Origin: Glaucostegus cemiculus
Taxonomy: Eukaryota
Direction: 5' to 3'
DNA: 64,000 bases
NCBI GenBank assembly: GCA_976551045.1
Contig: CDPCPM010000026.1
Span: 8,928,001-8,992,000, forward strand
This document shows, in pieces, positions 13,705 through 27,229 of this stretch. Each line of letters starts with the position of its first letter. The first letter of the stretch is position 1. The translations under genes were made by a program, and so were the position numbers. Under the pieces are notes generated by a model. It had not been told where the DNA came from. It did not search any database and was given only the letters and a program-made list of their open reading frames with translations.

Positions 13705-13866
13705 GGCAAACAAGCTGCTAGAGGAAATCAGTGGATCTAGCAGCATCTGTGTGACATAAAACATTGACAATTCCCTTCCTCCCATGGATGCTGTTTGCTC
13801 CACAGAATTCCTCCAGCCGATTGTTTGTTGCTCCAGATTCCAGCATCTGCATTCTTTTATGTCTCT
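13705..13866. mobile_element. Penelope-like element terminal remnant, two ends in inverted arrangement
   Basis: 'ctgctagaggaaatcagtgg...gcagcatctgtg' followed by its inverse 'gatgctg...aattcctccagc...ccagattccagcatctgc'. Confidence 0.7.
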
Positions 13867-14439
13867 GCTCCCATCAGCCCCTTTTTGATCCAGCTTGGCT
13901 ATACCGTCTGTCTGAGTGACTGTAAATAGCTCAATTTTTTAAAATCTCTCTTTTGAATCTAGGAGTTCCCGAATTGAAGAAGAATATAGAAACAACCTTC
14001 TCAAACAAAGATTCTCAATCATTATTTTAAAGTAAAATTTGTGTACAGGAATGTATTAGCATTTTCACTGGGAAAAACACAATGATTGCTTTCTGGGGGG
14101 AAGGGAAGCACCGGCTGAGGGGAAATGTTGGTGTCATCATTTAAATTATCTTCAAAGCAAAAAAGTATCCATGTCCCAGGGGGTTTGGATTAGTGGGTGG
14201 AGAGGAAGGGAAGGATCAGAACTTTATCTCCCTTCACTGTAATAACAAAAGAGCTAGTTACTGGCTCACTAACTTTTTCACATCTCCTGTTTCTCCTCAT
14301 GCTATCACTGTTCCATTGTGCTTTTGTGCATTTTTTTTCTGTGGAAATCTATCAGATCAGTCATTTAACTCCTCCCTAATCTAACACACATACTTACCAT
14401 TCACTCATTCTTTATGTAGTTAAGCAAAGATCATTTCAA

Positions 14440-14900
14440 AAATATGTAATGAACTGAACTATTTATACTAATGGAATCAATATTGTGCTTAATAATTGCT
14501 GTACTTCTGTGGCACAAGCACGGGTATTTTAAAGAACAGCCATTGTGATTTTTCACAAAATAGTCCATTAAATATGTGTTTTTCCTGTGCATATTAATTA
14601 TTTTTGAAATGGGTTTTTGTGCCAGGTGACTCTGAATAAAAATCTTAATTTGTCATTATGTTCATGATATGTCTATCCTCTGAGGACCTGCTAGCTAAGT
14701 GTGATCTCCTTAATGTGCATGACACAGGATATGCCTGTGTCACAGCGGATAAACCATTTTATCACCTTAATGCAATGCCTAATACAAGGTAATTCAGTCG
14801 TATTATGTACCTTCATTATAGACAGCAGTTTGGTCTGGATTAATATACCATATTTAAGTTTCCAAGTGATTGTGAAAGCCTTGTTTGTCTAATGCTGTTT
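14440..14900. promoter_or_regulatory. Candidate conserved non-coding element / enhancer
   Basis: Repeat-free, TAAT-rich block with palindrome TGACACAGG-N5-CCTGTGTCA (14720-14742) and inverted GATA pair (14748-14763); conservation not testable here. Confidence 0.4.
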
Positions 14901-17004
14901 CCTTCTACAATGATGTAATTAATGGTTAAGTTATAGTTTACTGAAAATTTTTATTTGCAAAAACATAAAATAGTGTGGCCAGTGAAGTATATACATCTCT
15001 CTGGCCTTGTATTCCATTTTACTTTAAGAACCTATGATACCTTCTTAAAAATGCTCAATTGGATATCAGATTTGCTTTTATACTCATTCCTTATTTAAGT
15101 AGGTGCTCTGCAATATGCTGTGTCACCTTGTAAGTAGAGTATTAAGTAGCCTTAAACCTTAATACTTAAACCTACTGGCATTTTCTAAATCTGATTTGAA
15201 GTCATTTTATGGAAATACCTAAGATCAAAGCTGCTATGCATCAATGCAATCAATGACTAGTTTATATTCTTGCAACATTCACTGTTGAAATGAAGAATCC
15301 AATTTTAAATGCCTTAAGTGAAGATTCTCATACTAGTTGATGGTAATTATAGAGAAACATAACGTATTATTTTAATTTTCAGATATTACATTTTTTTACA
15401 ACTTTTTAAACTATTGACAAAAGGAATATACAGCAATTGAGTTTCTTTCTATCCAAAGGAGTGCAGAGGAGTTTTTTTTTTAAGTAAAAGCTGTAGATAG
15501 GAATGTGCACTCAATCAGCCCCAATTCAAGGGTAACCTGAGATGTTCATTATTTTGATATCTATATTAAGTTCTAAATCAAGAAAGTTGCATGGAGCTGG
15601 TTTTTCTACATTCACCAGCACCACTCTAACCAGCTGCTGGGATATACATGAAAACAATCCTGGCCTGATATAATTTATTTCATTTCTTCTTTCCCTAAGA
15701 AGATGCTCAACTTCAACAGAAGAGTTGGAATATAAGGAAAACGACTTTAATGGGTAGAATAGACTTCTCATCTTCGTGACCAAGGGGGATGCTGATCTAA
15801 TACCACAATGCATTGGTGATGTGATCACTCGTGGACTTGTGCAGCTTTGGTTAACGTGATCCTAATTCCTGTATACAGTGAAAAATTGGATCCATCGACT
15901 GACCCTCAACTCAACATAAAAGCGAATTCCCTCTGGACTTATAATATCATAACTTTAGCTGAAGATTAGTTTTAAAAAAAGTGTTTGCTTTTACAGAATG
16001 CATTACTACAGTTTTCATTGAAGAAGAGGTAGGAGATCAGGAAAATTTCCATCAGGAATCTCTCGAGTATTAGAAGGAACTCAATAGCTAATGAATAGTA
16101 AGTTCTAACAGAAGGTCCTTCTTGTGTGGCAAAGAACATAATTAATTACTTGGGTTAAGTCAATCCTAAGTGTGATATTGTAAATTATAGAATATAATTA
16201 ATTTTAATGCAAATCACTACAAGCACAAAGTATTCTCCATTTTTGCAGGTCACTTTGGCTACCAAAACAAAAACACTGGTAGGAAGCTCGCTATTAGGTG
16301 TGAGTAGGGGAGATATTTATGGGAGGGGTTCCAGGTTGCAAATTATATAGTTAAGAATGTGATGTGGATATACTTTCGATATTTTCTCTATCTCTCAAAG
16401 TGACTGAATATGCTCCAATAATAAAGGCATGATTTTGAAGTGATTTTAGGAATACATTTTTAATTTCACTCTTCAATTCAGCTGTTTGGAACTTCTCCCC
16501 CTGCCAGTAAGATGACTCTGTTAACTATATATTTAATATTTATGTATAATTATAGCCAAACACATTTTTGTGTTAGATGATTAAACCAGCTACCTGACAA
16601 CACTGAAGAATGAAATCATTTTGATACTGCATCTCAGCTGAAGGAAGTGCAGCAACCACGGCACCAAAAGTAGTTCCAGTTTAAATCACTGAATAAATTA
16701 CAACAAAAATCAGAGACTAATGAAGAGCATAAAAAATTAATACTCTGTATTTTCTACAGATGGTATAAATGTAGATTTAATTTTTTTGAAGCTCTAAATG
16801 TGCCAAATTCATTCATAACCTGATTGAAGTGGCTTTCAGGCATTCTCTACACACAACAAATTGGTTCACTTCAGCTCCTCCCAGTCCTTCTCCTGAACTG
16901 AGGAGCAGTTGGACAGATTTGCTCTTGGAGCTTCATCTAAATACAGGTGATTAGAAACTAGAGCAAAGTGAATTTGAAGATAGCCAATGTGGATTCAAAG
17001 CGAT

Positions 17005-17180
17005 ATTTATATATATATATATATGGAGTGTCCATTGTCTAAATGCAGTGCCTATATGTCCTTTGTCTATATGAATTGTCCATATGTCCATATATGGGGT
17101 GTCTGTTTTCTACATGTCCATTGTCAATATGGAGTATCTCTATGGAGTGTCCATTGTCTATATTAAGCTTTTGTCCATGA
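17005..17180. repeat. (TA)n run followed by a degenerate ~20-bp minisatellite (tatatggagtgtccattgtc)
   Basis: Repeated 'atggagtgtccattgtcta' and variants. Confidence 0.8.
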
Positions 17181-17895
17181 CCCACTGAGGGAGAATGATG
17201 GCCTTTTCTTTTCTTACTGCTGTTGAAGTATACTGTTGACCACCTGGGAGACAAAAATCAATCCTTGGTATTTATTCTCAGAAATATGACACTTCATTTC
17301 AAACACATTGAGTCCCTTGTGACTTTTTTGAGTAATGCATCGCATTTAACGTAGTCATCTGGTCTACCAGTTTTACCCTTTACCTTAGAGCTTCATGTAG
17401 AGGAATGTTTTGCATGAGACAGGTTTTACCATTTTAGAATTGTTTGAAAAAAATTTCCAACCATTAGAGAGTGACGAAATGAGGAATGTTGGCAGTAATC
17501 CTTTGTTCCTCCAGATGCAGCTTTCCCCAATTTTATCTACTTTTCTTTTCTCCCATTTTGGTTTATGCTGAAGTGTAAAAGCATCAATGACTCTACCATT
17601 CTCCCATTCATGAAGATATTGAAATGCTGACAAGAATGATTCAATCGCTGTCCATCGTTGTGATTGCCTGTAGTGAATCACAAAATTGAGCTGGAACCTT
17701 TATGGCGTAATAGGTCAATATACACAGGGTTTCAGGGCTTCCTGTTGAAAGGATCTTCCTTGCGGTCTGGTTGTAGATGAATAACTTTTGCAGAATGGGA
17801 GCACATCCCAACTAACAACCACTTTGAATATTCAAGTACCAGTGACTGGTCCGAGGGATTCTGAACCCAAAACACCAGACACACAAAATATACTT

Positions 17896-18026
17896 TAGAA
17901 ACAAATGACTGAAAATGCTGGAATCTAGATGAAAAACACTGTGATGCTGGAGGAACTCAACAGGCCAGGCAGCATCCAATAGAGAAAAGCAGGCGGTCAA
18001 CATTTCGGGTCAGGAACTTTCTTCAT
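17896..18026 (-). mobile_element. Short Penelope-derived insert with 9-bp TSD
   Basis: 'gatgctggaggaactcaacaggccaggcagcatc...caacatttcgggtcagg'; flanked by aatatactt at 17887-17895 and 18027-18035. Confidence 0.8.
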
Positions 18027-20824
18027 AATATACTTCTCCCCATATACTTATACCCAAAATATACTTCTCTTGCTACAGTGTTGAGGGATGGCTTCCTGAA
18101 TATACAAACAGCCAAAATATTAATTGCTAGAACAGACATGTCCTGAGCAACCTTAACAATGTGTTAGTTCAGGAGGTGGCTAGTTAATGCCCTTTCATCA
18201 TGGGGGTTTTAACGAAAGCTGATTAAAATGAACATTCATTTATTGTCTTTCCCTGCACAGTTACAATGGCACAGAACCAGAATGTCCCACACCTGATGAC
18301 TGGTTTTGATAGCCTTAAAGTATCAGTGGAAGCTAAATCATGAACAGTCTTTTTTTTGAAGATTGGTTCTCATGTGAATTAACTAGCTGCTCCAGGTATT
18401 CCATAACTTCTGAATGTGTCCCAAATAATTCATAACAGTTATCAATAAGCAGAATGAATGGGCCCTACTACTTGACATCAGCTTCTGCTGCTTATTGACA
18501 CTCCTGTTCAGCCACGAGGCTGGTTTTGTTGCATTACCACCCAGCAGTTACATTTGAGTCCACTACCAAACAAGTAAAGTTGCAAATTCAGAACCACCAG
18601 TTACAGATTACTTCTAGAATCAGACGACTTGGCCAGCAAGAGAATACACTTCATTTAAAAGAATTGCTTGGCATTTTATAAAATATAAAGTTTGAATTTT
18701 TATGAATATCTTCTCTTTGCATTTGGCAATTTGCAAGAAATGGGAAGTGCTAATGCCCATTATTGAGGTGCTACAAGTGCCCAACTGTGTCTGTGCATGC
18801 ATGTGTTGGGTAAATTGTGTCCAGCACCATTTGGCGAAGATGTTAGTGCACACAGACAATGATCATCAGGCAGAAACATGGAGCAGGCAGATCAAGATGT
18901 CAGTGTGTGGCAAGGATGTGAAGCCAGGACTGATGTTTTGGAACTCGTGCTCCAGCCAGTGCCCCCTCTGAATGACAAAACCTAAAATGAGTGGTGGGAA
19001 TTACTCCCTGGGATCATTGGTTGCTTGCAGATTTCTGCCAGTTGATATTTCAGCTATTGCTATGATCCAACAGTACATTCTATTTAACATTGCAAATGTC
19101 TACAGGGAATCATGCTTTAGAATATTGTACCAGTTTCAAGATTTCTGTGCAAGGTGTTTTCTCTCAGATATAGGCACAATAGGCATTCCCTCTGGAATCT
19201 GTCCTAACTGGAAGAATGAGGTGGGGCACACAGTGCAGTACAGGAGGAGGGGCAGGTCATGAGAAAAAGGGCAACTCCACTCAGCGAGTACAGGAACCAA
19301 TTTTCCTACCTGAACCTCAGAGGGAAGCAGCACTGCTATCAATGGTCACAGGTTAGTCACACATCAGGATCCCACGCCCATTGTCAACAGCTGGTGAATT
19401 TAGCCCCCTGCTCTCTTTAGTTGTATATCCTGTAGATGAGATAAAATAACCATATTGAGGAAGGTTTTACATGAATAATTTAATGGGGGAATTTAAATAA
19501 AACCCTTGTCATTATATTTAACACATTCTTTAACATAGTTTAGCCAAATAAACACGGAATAATCATCAGGATTACCTGATTTCCTGAAGACTCAGCCACT
19601 TTGCACTGATTTTGTCTACAATCTTCCTTCATTTTGGCATGAATTTTTTGGATGGCTGGGAATGTAACACTGGTGCAGTGTCCTTTACTGGGGTCACTAC
19701 TTTTTAAATTATAAGCCTGAACAGATTTATGTGGACTTCTGTTTTATTGCCCATATTGAAACCTGAAATGATTACCTACACAGTCAAGTACTTTTAAAGA
19801 GGCCACATTCAGGGCAACACTTTCCTTGTTTATCCTTCAGGTCAAGTTCTTTAATGTTCACAATCATTTAATTACATCACATATACAGAGGCAAGATTGA
19901 ATCTTCTGAATATTTCTCTTTTTCTCTACATTTTGGTCACATTCTTAATTTTTAGTTATTATATTAAAGAAGCCAAGGTCTTGTTTACATATTTACAATA
20001 TTTTACTGGAGTGAAAGTGAGATTGAATGCAAGGCCAGCAGTGCACTGTGCAATACTAAAAATGGAAACAAAACTGCCTTTAAAGTACTTTAGACTTGGC
20101 TTGAAAATGCAGTGATAGGAATAACATAAACAGTGGTTGGTTTGAAACTGGTATGTGTTTCCCAGCAGCCTTTCCAATATACAGCTGCAGCAGACATTTC
20201 TTATAGCTCTCAATGTTTTCATTCATCATGGCAGGCTGAGTCCTGATTCAGCTTGAAGTAGAAAGGTGATAATCGGATTTAATTGCTCAAGTGGTGAAAA
20301 TAGTATTGTATAGTGATGGCTAACTCAATTGTTGGTTGAAAAAAGGTTAAGGTTAATTAAGAAGACATCACAAAAAGTGTGGGGTAGAAATTGTCCTCGG
20401 TCATTTGCACTAAATATGCAAAGGAGAAGTTGCAGCGTTGCAATCCACTTCTAATACTCAGTTCCTTTGAAGTCGGTGGATACAGATTCTGGAGATGGAA
20501 TGTCTGTGTTACATATTTAACACAAATGATTGGGAACAAATTTCTAGTCCAGTTTATATTAGTGGAATTTATTTGAAAGCAAAAAAAAAAGTAATTATTT
20601 TGAAAGTTGGATTCATTCCCAGGAAAAGGAGACTGAACACATATAATGGAGAAAATTGCTTAAGCAAATACACATATATCTGAATTTTTTAAAATTCAAT
20701 TTCAGGTCTACTATATGTGCCCAGCTGATTCCAAGGCCCCAGGCTTTTCTCTCTATTATTCTTGATACACTTCTTAGGAGGTTGAAAAAATCCACCTAAC
20801 TGATCTTGATTGCTATTTCTACTT

Positions 20825-20918
20825 GTATAAAAGCTGAAAGTATTAGAAATACTCAGGAGATCAGGCAGCATCTGTGGAGAGATAAACAGTTAACAGGTTA
20901 ATGATCCTTCATCAGAAC
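20825..20918 (-). mobile_element. Short Penelope-derived remnant
   Basis: 'aaatactcaggagatcaggcagcatctgtggagagataaacagttaac...ccttcatcagaact'. Confidence 0.7.
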
Positions 20919-21199
20919 TAGAAACATTTCCTCTAAACTGCAATAGTGCCTTGCTCCCACTTGCCATTTATCTATGAAGCATGGCAGGTGAAAGCACCAG
21001 CATATCACAATAGCCCAGATGTTGTGGCCGTGGGTGAAATACAACACAAGCCACTGACATCGAAGGAAGCTGCCCACCAAGATCTACAGATCTTTGATAC
21101 GGGCCTCTCCTTTTCTGATTCTGAATGCTGTCAGACAACAGCTCAAAGGAATCTCTGGTGTCCAACAGTTGTCAACAATACAAAAGTCAAAATAACTTG

Positions 21200-21300
21200 G
21201 ATCTGATGTGAAATGAAAAATGCTGAAAATACTCAATAGGCTGAACAGCACCTATGGAAATAAAAATAGAGTTAAGATTTTGGGGTGACACTTTGTCATC
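21200..21300 (-). mobile_element. Short Penelope-derived remnant (older)
   Basis: 'aaaatgctgaaaatactcaataggctgaacagcacctatgg...gagttaag'. Confidence 0.6.
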
Positions 21301-22334
21301 ATGTGATATCATTGTTGGCTAAGCAGCCAAACACACAACGAACTTTCAGTCAGCAAAACAGAAAGGGAAAAATATGTTTTGATACCTTTGTAAACATTAT
21401 ATTAAATGTTAAAGATAAGAGCATACAGATATTTTTAAGGTAAAAAATGAAATACTATAAATATTGTTCTAGCATCTTCTGAAATATTTATTTGAATGAG
21501 TAAATTAGATTAGGTTTCCTGTGTTAATTATTAATTTTGAACCATGAATACCTCAAACAGCAAGGTGGAGCATTTGCAGAGCCTCTTAGGATAGGACAAG
21601 TTCATGAAACCATAAATTCAGATCAGTTGAGCAAATTTGTCTTGATTGATTCGAGAAAGATACAAACAGCCCAACCTGTGAACAACTGAATCATTATCCA
21701 CTCCTTCATAATACTGCATTATCAGTTAGAACTTTCCTGCAAAATGAAAGTTTCTGTTACTTTCACAATGAAAGTAAAGCTATTTGCTATAATTACAGCA
21801 TTATTTCTAACAAAAAATACAAGTAAATAAGCTTGGTTAAAATGAGTTGAATCACCAAATTATTTATTAAAGACTTTGGAATTATGAAATGTGTGTTTTT
21901 ATGCAAAATACGTTCACAGTCAATTCCAGTGTTGCTCAATGTGCAACCAAGCAAAGAAGTCTTTGTGAAAAGTTTTAAACACCAAGGTGGTACATCGATA
22001 AAGTGAGGTTAATGCACACAAAGGTTTTCTCTGGGCATAATACAACATATGTTGAGGGATAAGTAGATAAACGTAGCTGAGTCTACAGATCAGCCAGAAT
22101 CCCTGATCGAGTAATATCTACAGTTGAATCACAATGAAAGTGAAATGAGGATAGTCAAAATTTAGATCTCTGTTAATTTCAACTGGCTTGCCCTTGGAAG
22201 AAATTCATTGTCAGACTTGAGAATCATGCAGCTTCTATTTGTGCACATTTAGATATGGAGACAGGAAATTTCCTATGTGGATAATGAATTTGTGAGACTT
22301 CTACTGCTATGGAGGATGAGATACATTCATACTT

Positions 22335-22655
22335 TGAGTCATATAGCATGGAAACAAACCCTTAAGCCCACAATATCTGAATCAATCACTATACCAATTG
22401 CACTTCCCTCCTTGCATTCCCATTATTCCCCTCCTGCCGACCCTCACAGATTTTCCTGCCATTCGCCTATTCCAGGACCAACTAAAGTAGCTAATTAATC
22501 TACAAACCACTGCCTCATTGTGATGTTGGAATACAGTGGAAACCCATGCAGTCACAGGGACAATGTGCACAGTCAGTACAGACAGCATCAAGCCCAGGAC
22601 CAAACCAGGTTTCTGGAGCTGAGGCAGCAGTGCTGATCATTTTGCTGCTGTGTAG
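22335..22655 (-). mobile_element. HE1-type V-SINE, diverged
   Basis: 'ggaaacccatgcagtcacagggacaatgtgca...cagacagca...tctggagctgaggcagcagtgct' plus CR1-type tail complement. Confidence 0.85.
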
Positions 22656-23282
22656 TTGAATGTGTCTGATATCAAATACTTCATCAAAATGAACCCAGAA
22701 AATCTGATAAGAGTGATTCTCTCTATGTATCTGATATTCCTACCATTCTAGATTGTCAGAGAATGATAGATAATTGGAAAAGGTGGTGGAGAATGGAGAA
22801 GGCATTTGAACACCAAACACATTCCTGATAATGCACTGGTGGAAGAAACTTTGAAATAAAATCAGTAGTAGTGGAAAATCTATACCCTGAAGTTTCCTCC
22901 ACCTCCACATCCTATTTCTATTATGATAATTTTGCTGGCATATGCACAAACAAAATCCAACAAATGCACATTTAGAAAAATACCAGTCTGTATTGATTTG
23001 GTTTTTTTTGCAGAGTTTAACAAATCACTGACAGTGGGCTTGGGAATCTTGTAGAAGTTATAAATTTTATTTGTGAGTTTACTGGGTGTGGCAAACTAGG
23101 ACACACCCACTCTACTACTAACATTGACAAGCATTCAGGATTTTCATAAAAAAGTCAATGGTACTATTCTAAAATGAAAATGAATTTTAAAAAATTGATA
23201 TCTAAACATATGAAACATAGAAAACATTTAACTCAATTAAATACAAAAAATGTAAGTTGCCTGAAATTCATCTATCTCCTTA

Positions 23283-25925
23283 GAACATAAAACCTAGAAC
23301 AGTACACCACAAGAACAGGTACTTTGACCCATGACATTGTGCCAAACTAATTAAGCTAATGGAACCTAATCCCTTCTGCCTGCATGTGGTCCATCCATAT
23401 CCCTCCATTCTCTGTACATTCATGTGTCTATCTCAGAGCCTCTTAAACACCTCTATTGTATCTGCCTCCACCACCACCTCTGGCAGCACATTCCAGGCAC
23501 CCACCACTCTCAAGACAATCTGCCCCACACATCTCCTTTGAATTTACCCCCTCTCACCTTAAATGCATGCCCTCTAGTATTGGACGTTTCAACCCTGGGA
23601 ATGCAGGATAGATATATTCCAAGAAAAATAAGGTTTTGAAAAAAAGGCACAAATGTGGAATAATGAGAGAGGTTAAAGATAAAATAAGAGCAAAAGGGAG
23701 TGTATACAAGGAAGTAAGAATTAGTTGGAAAACAGAAGACTGGGAAACTTCTAAAAACCTACAGAAAGAAACAAAGGAGGTCATTAGGAAAGCAAAGATG
23801 AATTATGAAAGGAAGTTGGCAGATAACATTCGAAAGGATACTGAGTTTTTAAAAATATATTAGGAGTAAAAGAGAGTCATGAGCTGATATAGGACCAATC
23901 AATAATGGTGTGGGAGAGATTATAATGGATGATAGAGAGATGGCAGGGGAACTAAATGAGTATTTTGCATCAGTCTTCACTGTGGGGGACATCAGCAATA
24001 CACCTGATAGTCAGGGGTCTCAAGGAATGGAACTGAGTTCAGTTAAGATTACTAGAGAGAAGGTGCTAGGAAAGCTAACTGGACTAAAGACTGATAAGTC
24101 TCCCAGACAGGATGAGGTGCATCCCCAGGTTCAGAAGGAGGTGGCTTTAGAGACTGCAGAGGCACTGGTGATAATTTTCCAGGAATCATAGACTCTGGCA
24201 TGGTTCCAGAGGACTAGAGGGTCGTAAATGGAGTTCTGCTGTATAAGAAGGGTGGGAGACAACATAAAGGAAATCACAGACCTATGAGTCTGACATCGGT
24301 GGTGGGAAATTTATTGGAATCGATCCTCAAGGATGAGGTTATGGAATACCTAGAGGTGCAAAGTAAGATAGGTCCAAGCCAACATGGTTTCATGAAGGGA
24401 AGATCTTGCCTGACCAACCTATTGGAGTTTTTTGAGGAAATCTCAGGTAGGGTGGATAAGGGAGAGGCTGTAGATGTTGTGTATTTAGACTTTCAAAAGG
24501 CCTTCAACAAGGTGCCATACAAGAAGCTAATGAATAAGATGAGAGGTCATGGAGTTGCAGGTAGGATGACAGAATGAATGGAGCATTGGCTGGTAGGCAG
24601 AAAGCAAAGGGTGGGAATAAAAGGATCCTGCTCTGGTTGGCTACCTGTTACTAGTGGTGCTCCACAGGGGTCGGTGTTGGGCTGCTTATTTTTACTCTGT
24701 ACATTAACAATTTGGATGATGGAGTAAATGGTTTTGTGGCTAAGTTTGCAAATGACACCAAGATAGGTGGAGGAGTAGGGAGTACTGAGGAGACAGGAAG
24801 GTTGCAGAGAGACAAAAATAGTTTAGGAGAATGGGCAAGGAAATGGCCGATGAGATTCAATGTTGAGAAATGTGCAGTTGTACACTTTGGAAACAGAAAT
24901 AAATGGGCAGATTATTATCTAGAAGAGGAGAAAGTTCAAAGTACAGAAGTACAAAAGGACTTTGGGTACTTGTGCAGGATATCCTAAAGGTTAACCATCA
25001 GGTTGGATTGGCGGTAAGGAAAGCGAATGTTATGTTGGCATTCATTTTGAGAAGTATAGTGTATAAAAGTAGAGAAGTGTTGATGAGGCTCTATGGGGCA
25101 CTGGTGAGGAGCATTTTGAATACTGTGTACAGTTTTGGGCCCCTTATCTTAGGAAGGATGTGCTGATGTTGGAGAGGGTTCAGAAGAGATTTACGAGGAT
25201 GATTCCCGGAATGAAAGGGCTTACATATGATGAACGTTTGTTGTCTCTTAGACTGTACTCACTGGAGTACAGAAGAATGAGAGGGGACCTCGTAGAAACA
25301 TCTAGAATGTTGAAAGGACTGGACAGAGTAGATGTGGCTAAGCTGTTTCCCTTGATGGGTGAGTCCAGGACCAGAGGGCACAACCTTAGAATTAGAGGGT
25401 ACAGGTTTAAAACAGAGATGAGGAGAAATTTCTTCAGCCAGAGGGTAATGAATTTGTGGAAATCCTTGCCACGTACAGCAGTGGAGGCCCGATCATTGGA
25501 GGTGTTTAAGGAGGAGATAGATAGATAGATATCTAATTAGTCAAGATAACAAGGGATATGGGGATAAGGCAAGAAACTGGGGCTAGAACATTTTTTTTTT
25601 GAGCTCATAGAGCAGACCTTCTCCCCCATTTCTCATTTCTTGTTCCCCTTCTCTTTGGAGCAGACTCAATGGGCTGAATAGCCTACTTCTGCTCCCTTGT
25701 CTTGTGATCTTGTGAAAAATATACCAGCTATCCACAATATCTAATATTTCCATAATTTTATAAACTTCTATCAGGTCTCCCCTCAGCTTCCACTGCTCTA
25801 GAGAACACAACACAAGTTTGTCCAACATCTCATAGCACATGCCCTCTAATCCAGGCAGCATCCTGGTAAACCTCTTCTGCATCCTCTCCAGAGCCTCCAT
25901 ATCCTTACTATAATGGGGCAACCAG
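23283..25925 (-). mobile_element. CR1 LINE 3' fragment (outer; 23283-23600 and 25716-25925), split by a second CR1
   Basis: 'PHYSKDMEALERMQKRFTRMLPGL...LRGDLIEVYKIM'; the halves rejoin as caaccctggga|aaaatatacc; tagaacata tail. Confidence 0.9.
23601..25715 (+). mobile_element. 5'-truncated CR1 LINE (~2.1 kb) with decayed RT domain
   Basis: 'SQHGFMKGRSCLTNLLEFFE', 'VDVVYLDFQKAFNKVP', 'SGAPQGSVLG', 'KFANDTKIGG'; several stops and frameshifts; (TCTTGTGA)2 tail. Confidence 0.95.
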
Positions 25926-26214
25926 GTCCTTCACAGCCATCCCTTGCCATTGAAATGAATCGTTGCCTAAGCCATGTTATCATAAGTTCCACAGGCAGAT
26001 TTTTTGGGATAAAGGCTGGGATGCTTCAGAAGTCAGCCCTCCATTGTTGGCACTGAGCAGAAATAGATTCATTAACGAGATGGTGACAATCAACTGTGAG
26101 TAAACCTGGGACTTCTGGATTGTGCACTGAAGTCCCCAGCTTCCTCAGTTACAGAGGTGAATGTCAGCAGCTCAGTATGGAACTCTTGTATTTTTTTTTA
26201 GGAAATTTTGGGCC

Positions 26215-26610
26215 AACAAACTTTGCAAATGTTCTTTCAACATAACTATAGATAGCTACAGACATAGTTAAACAGACCAAAAGCATAGTATAAGGTATTG
26301 ACCTTTAAGGGGTGTCTTAGAAGAGGGAGGAGAGATGGAGATATGCAGATGTTTAGGGAACAAATTTGTGAGTTTAGATCCTTGACAGATGAAGCTGTGG
26401 CCACCGGTGATGGGAGTATTTGTATTTCTGAATGCGTAAGGCTCCGGAAATGAAGCAGCACAGATATTTTGGAGTTTGTTAGGATTGAAAAGACCACAGA
26501 GGAAGGGGGATCTAAGTCAACTGAATGACCTAAAATGGGTTGGCAAGTTTAAAATTGACATGTTGTTTAACCAAGAACCAATGTAGGTTATTATGCAAAG
26601 TGGTGATGAT
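26215..26610 (-). mobile_element. L2 LINE 3' fragment
   Basis: Purine-rich L2 3' signature 'tttaaggggtgtcttagaagagggaggagagatggag...tttagggaacaaattt...aagaaccaatgtagg'. Confidence 0.7.
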
Positions 26611-27229
26611 CTATTTATTTCTTTAAGTGTAAATGGAAAATTAGAATACATTTTTAGCTGTAGTGAATGTTACCATGATATTTGTTGAAGGGACTAAATA
26701 AATATAATAACCCTGCCTTCATGACTCAGTGGATTTGGTAGAGTATCCTATTTCTAGGTCATGTTTATTATCTTTTAACCAGAGTGGAAAATAAGGCTTA
26801 CTTTAGTTTATACTTGATCTGGACTGCTTCAACCAGGAAAAATGAACGAGGCATTCAGGCTTATTTGTATTGTCATCTTAAAAAAAAGTACTAATATAGT
26901 GCCAGATCAATTGTGACTTTAGAACTGTAGAACTGAATGATTGAAAGTGGCAAGGTTATATGGGGATAATAGATGAGCGGTACCCAATGGTTGATAAGGG
27001 TCAGCAAAAGCACTATGCTGCAAATCCAACATCTGAAATGGCAAAACGATAGTTACCCTCCCTCCCTATCATTTCATTATGATTTCAATTGTGCTCATAC
27101 TTCTTTAGATAAAGTTGTTAACATTTTATACACAAATGTATTTGAATGATTGTATTTGGGCAAGGAATGGGAAATTTCACACAGGAATCTCACACAAACT
27201 CACTTGCCATTACAAAGAGTTAATAAAAT

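Noticed and set aside
13963-14034. Alternative terminal exon (SSRIEEEYRNNLLKQRFSIIILK*)
   Set aside because: Phase-compatible with exon 297-375 but short, unrecognised and explicable by chance
15699-15752. 54-nt exon candidate after a good pyrimidine tract
   Set aside because: Poor donor (GTAGAA) and no recognisable peptide
18261-18309. Strong acceptor followed by YNGTEPECPTPDDWF*
   Set aside because: No convincing donor or homology; unsupported
26715-26765. Resemblance to an LF-SINE head
   Set aside because: Match too short and gapped to call
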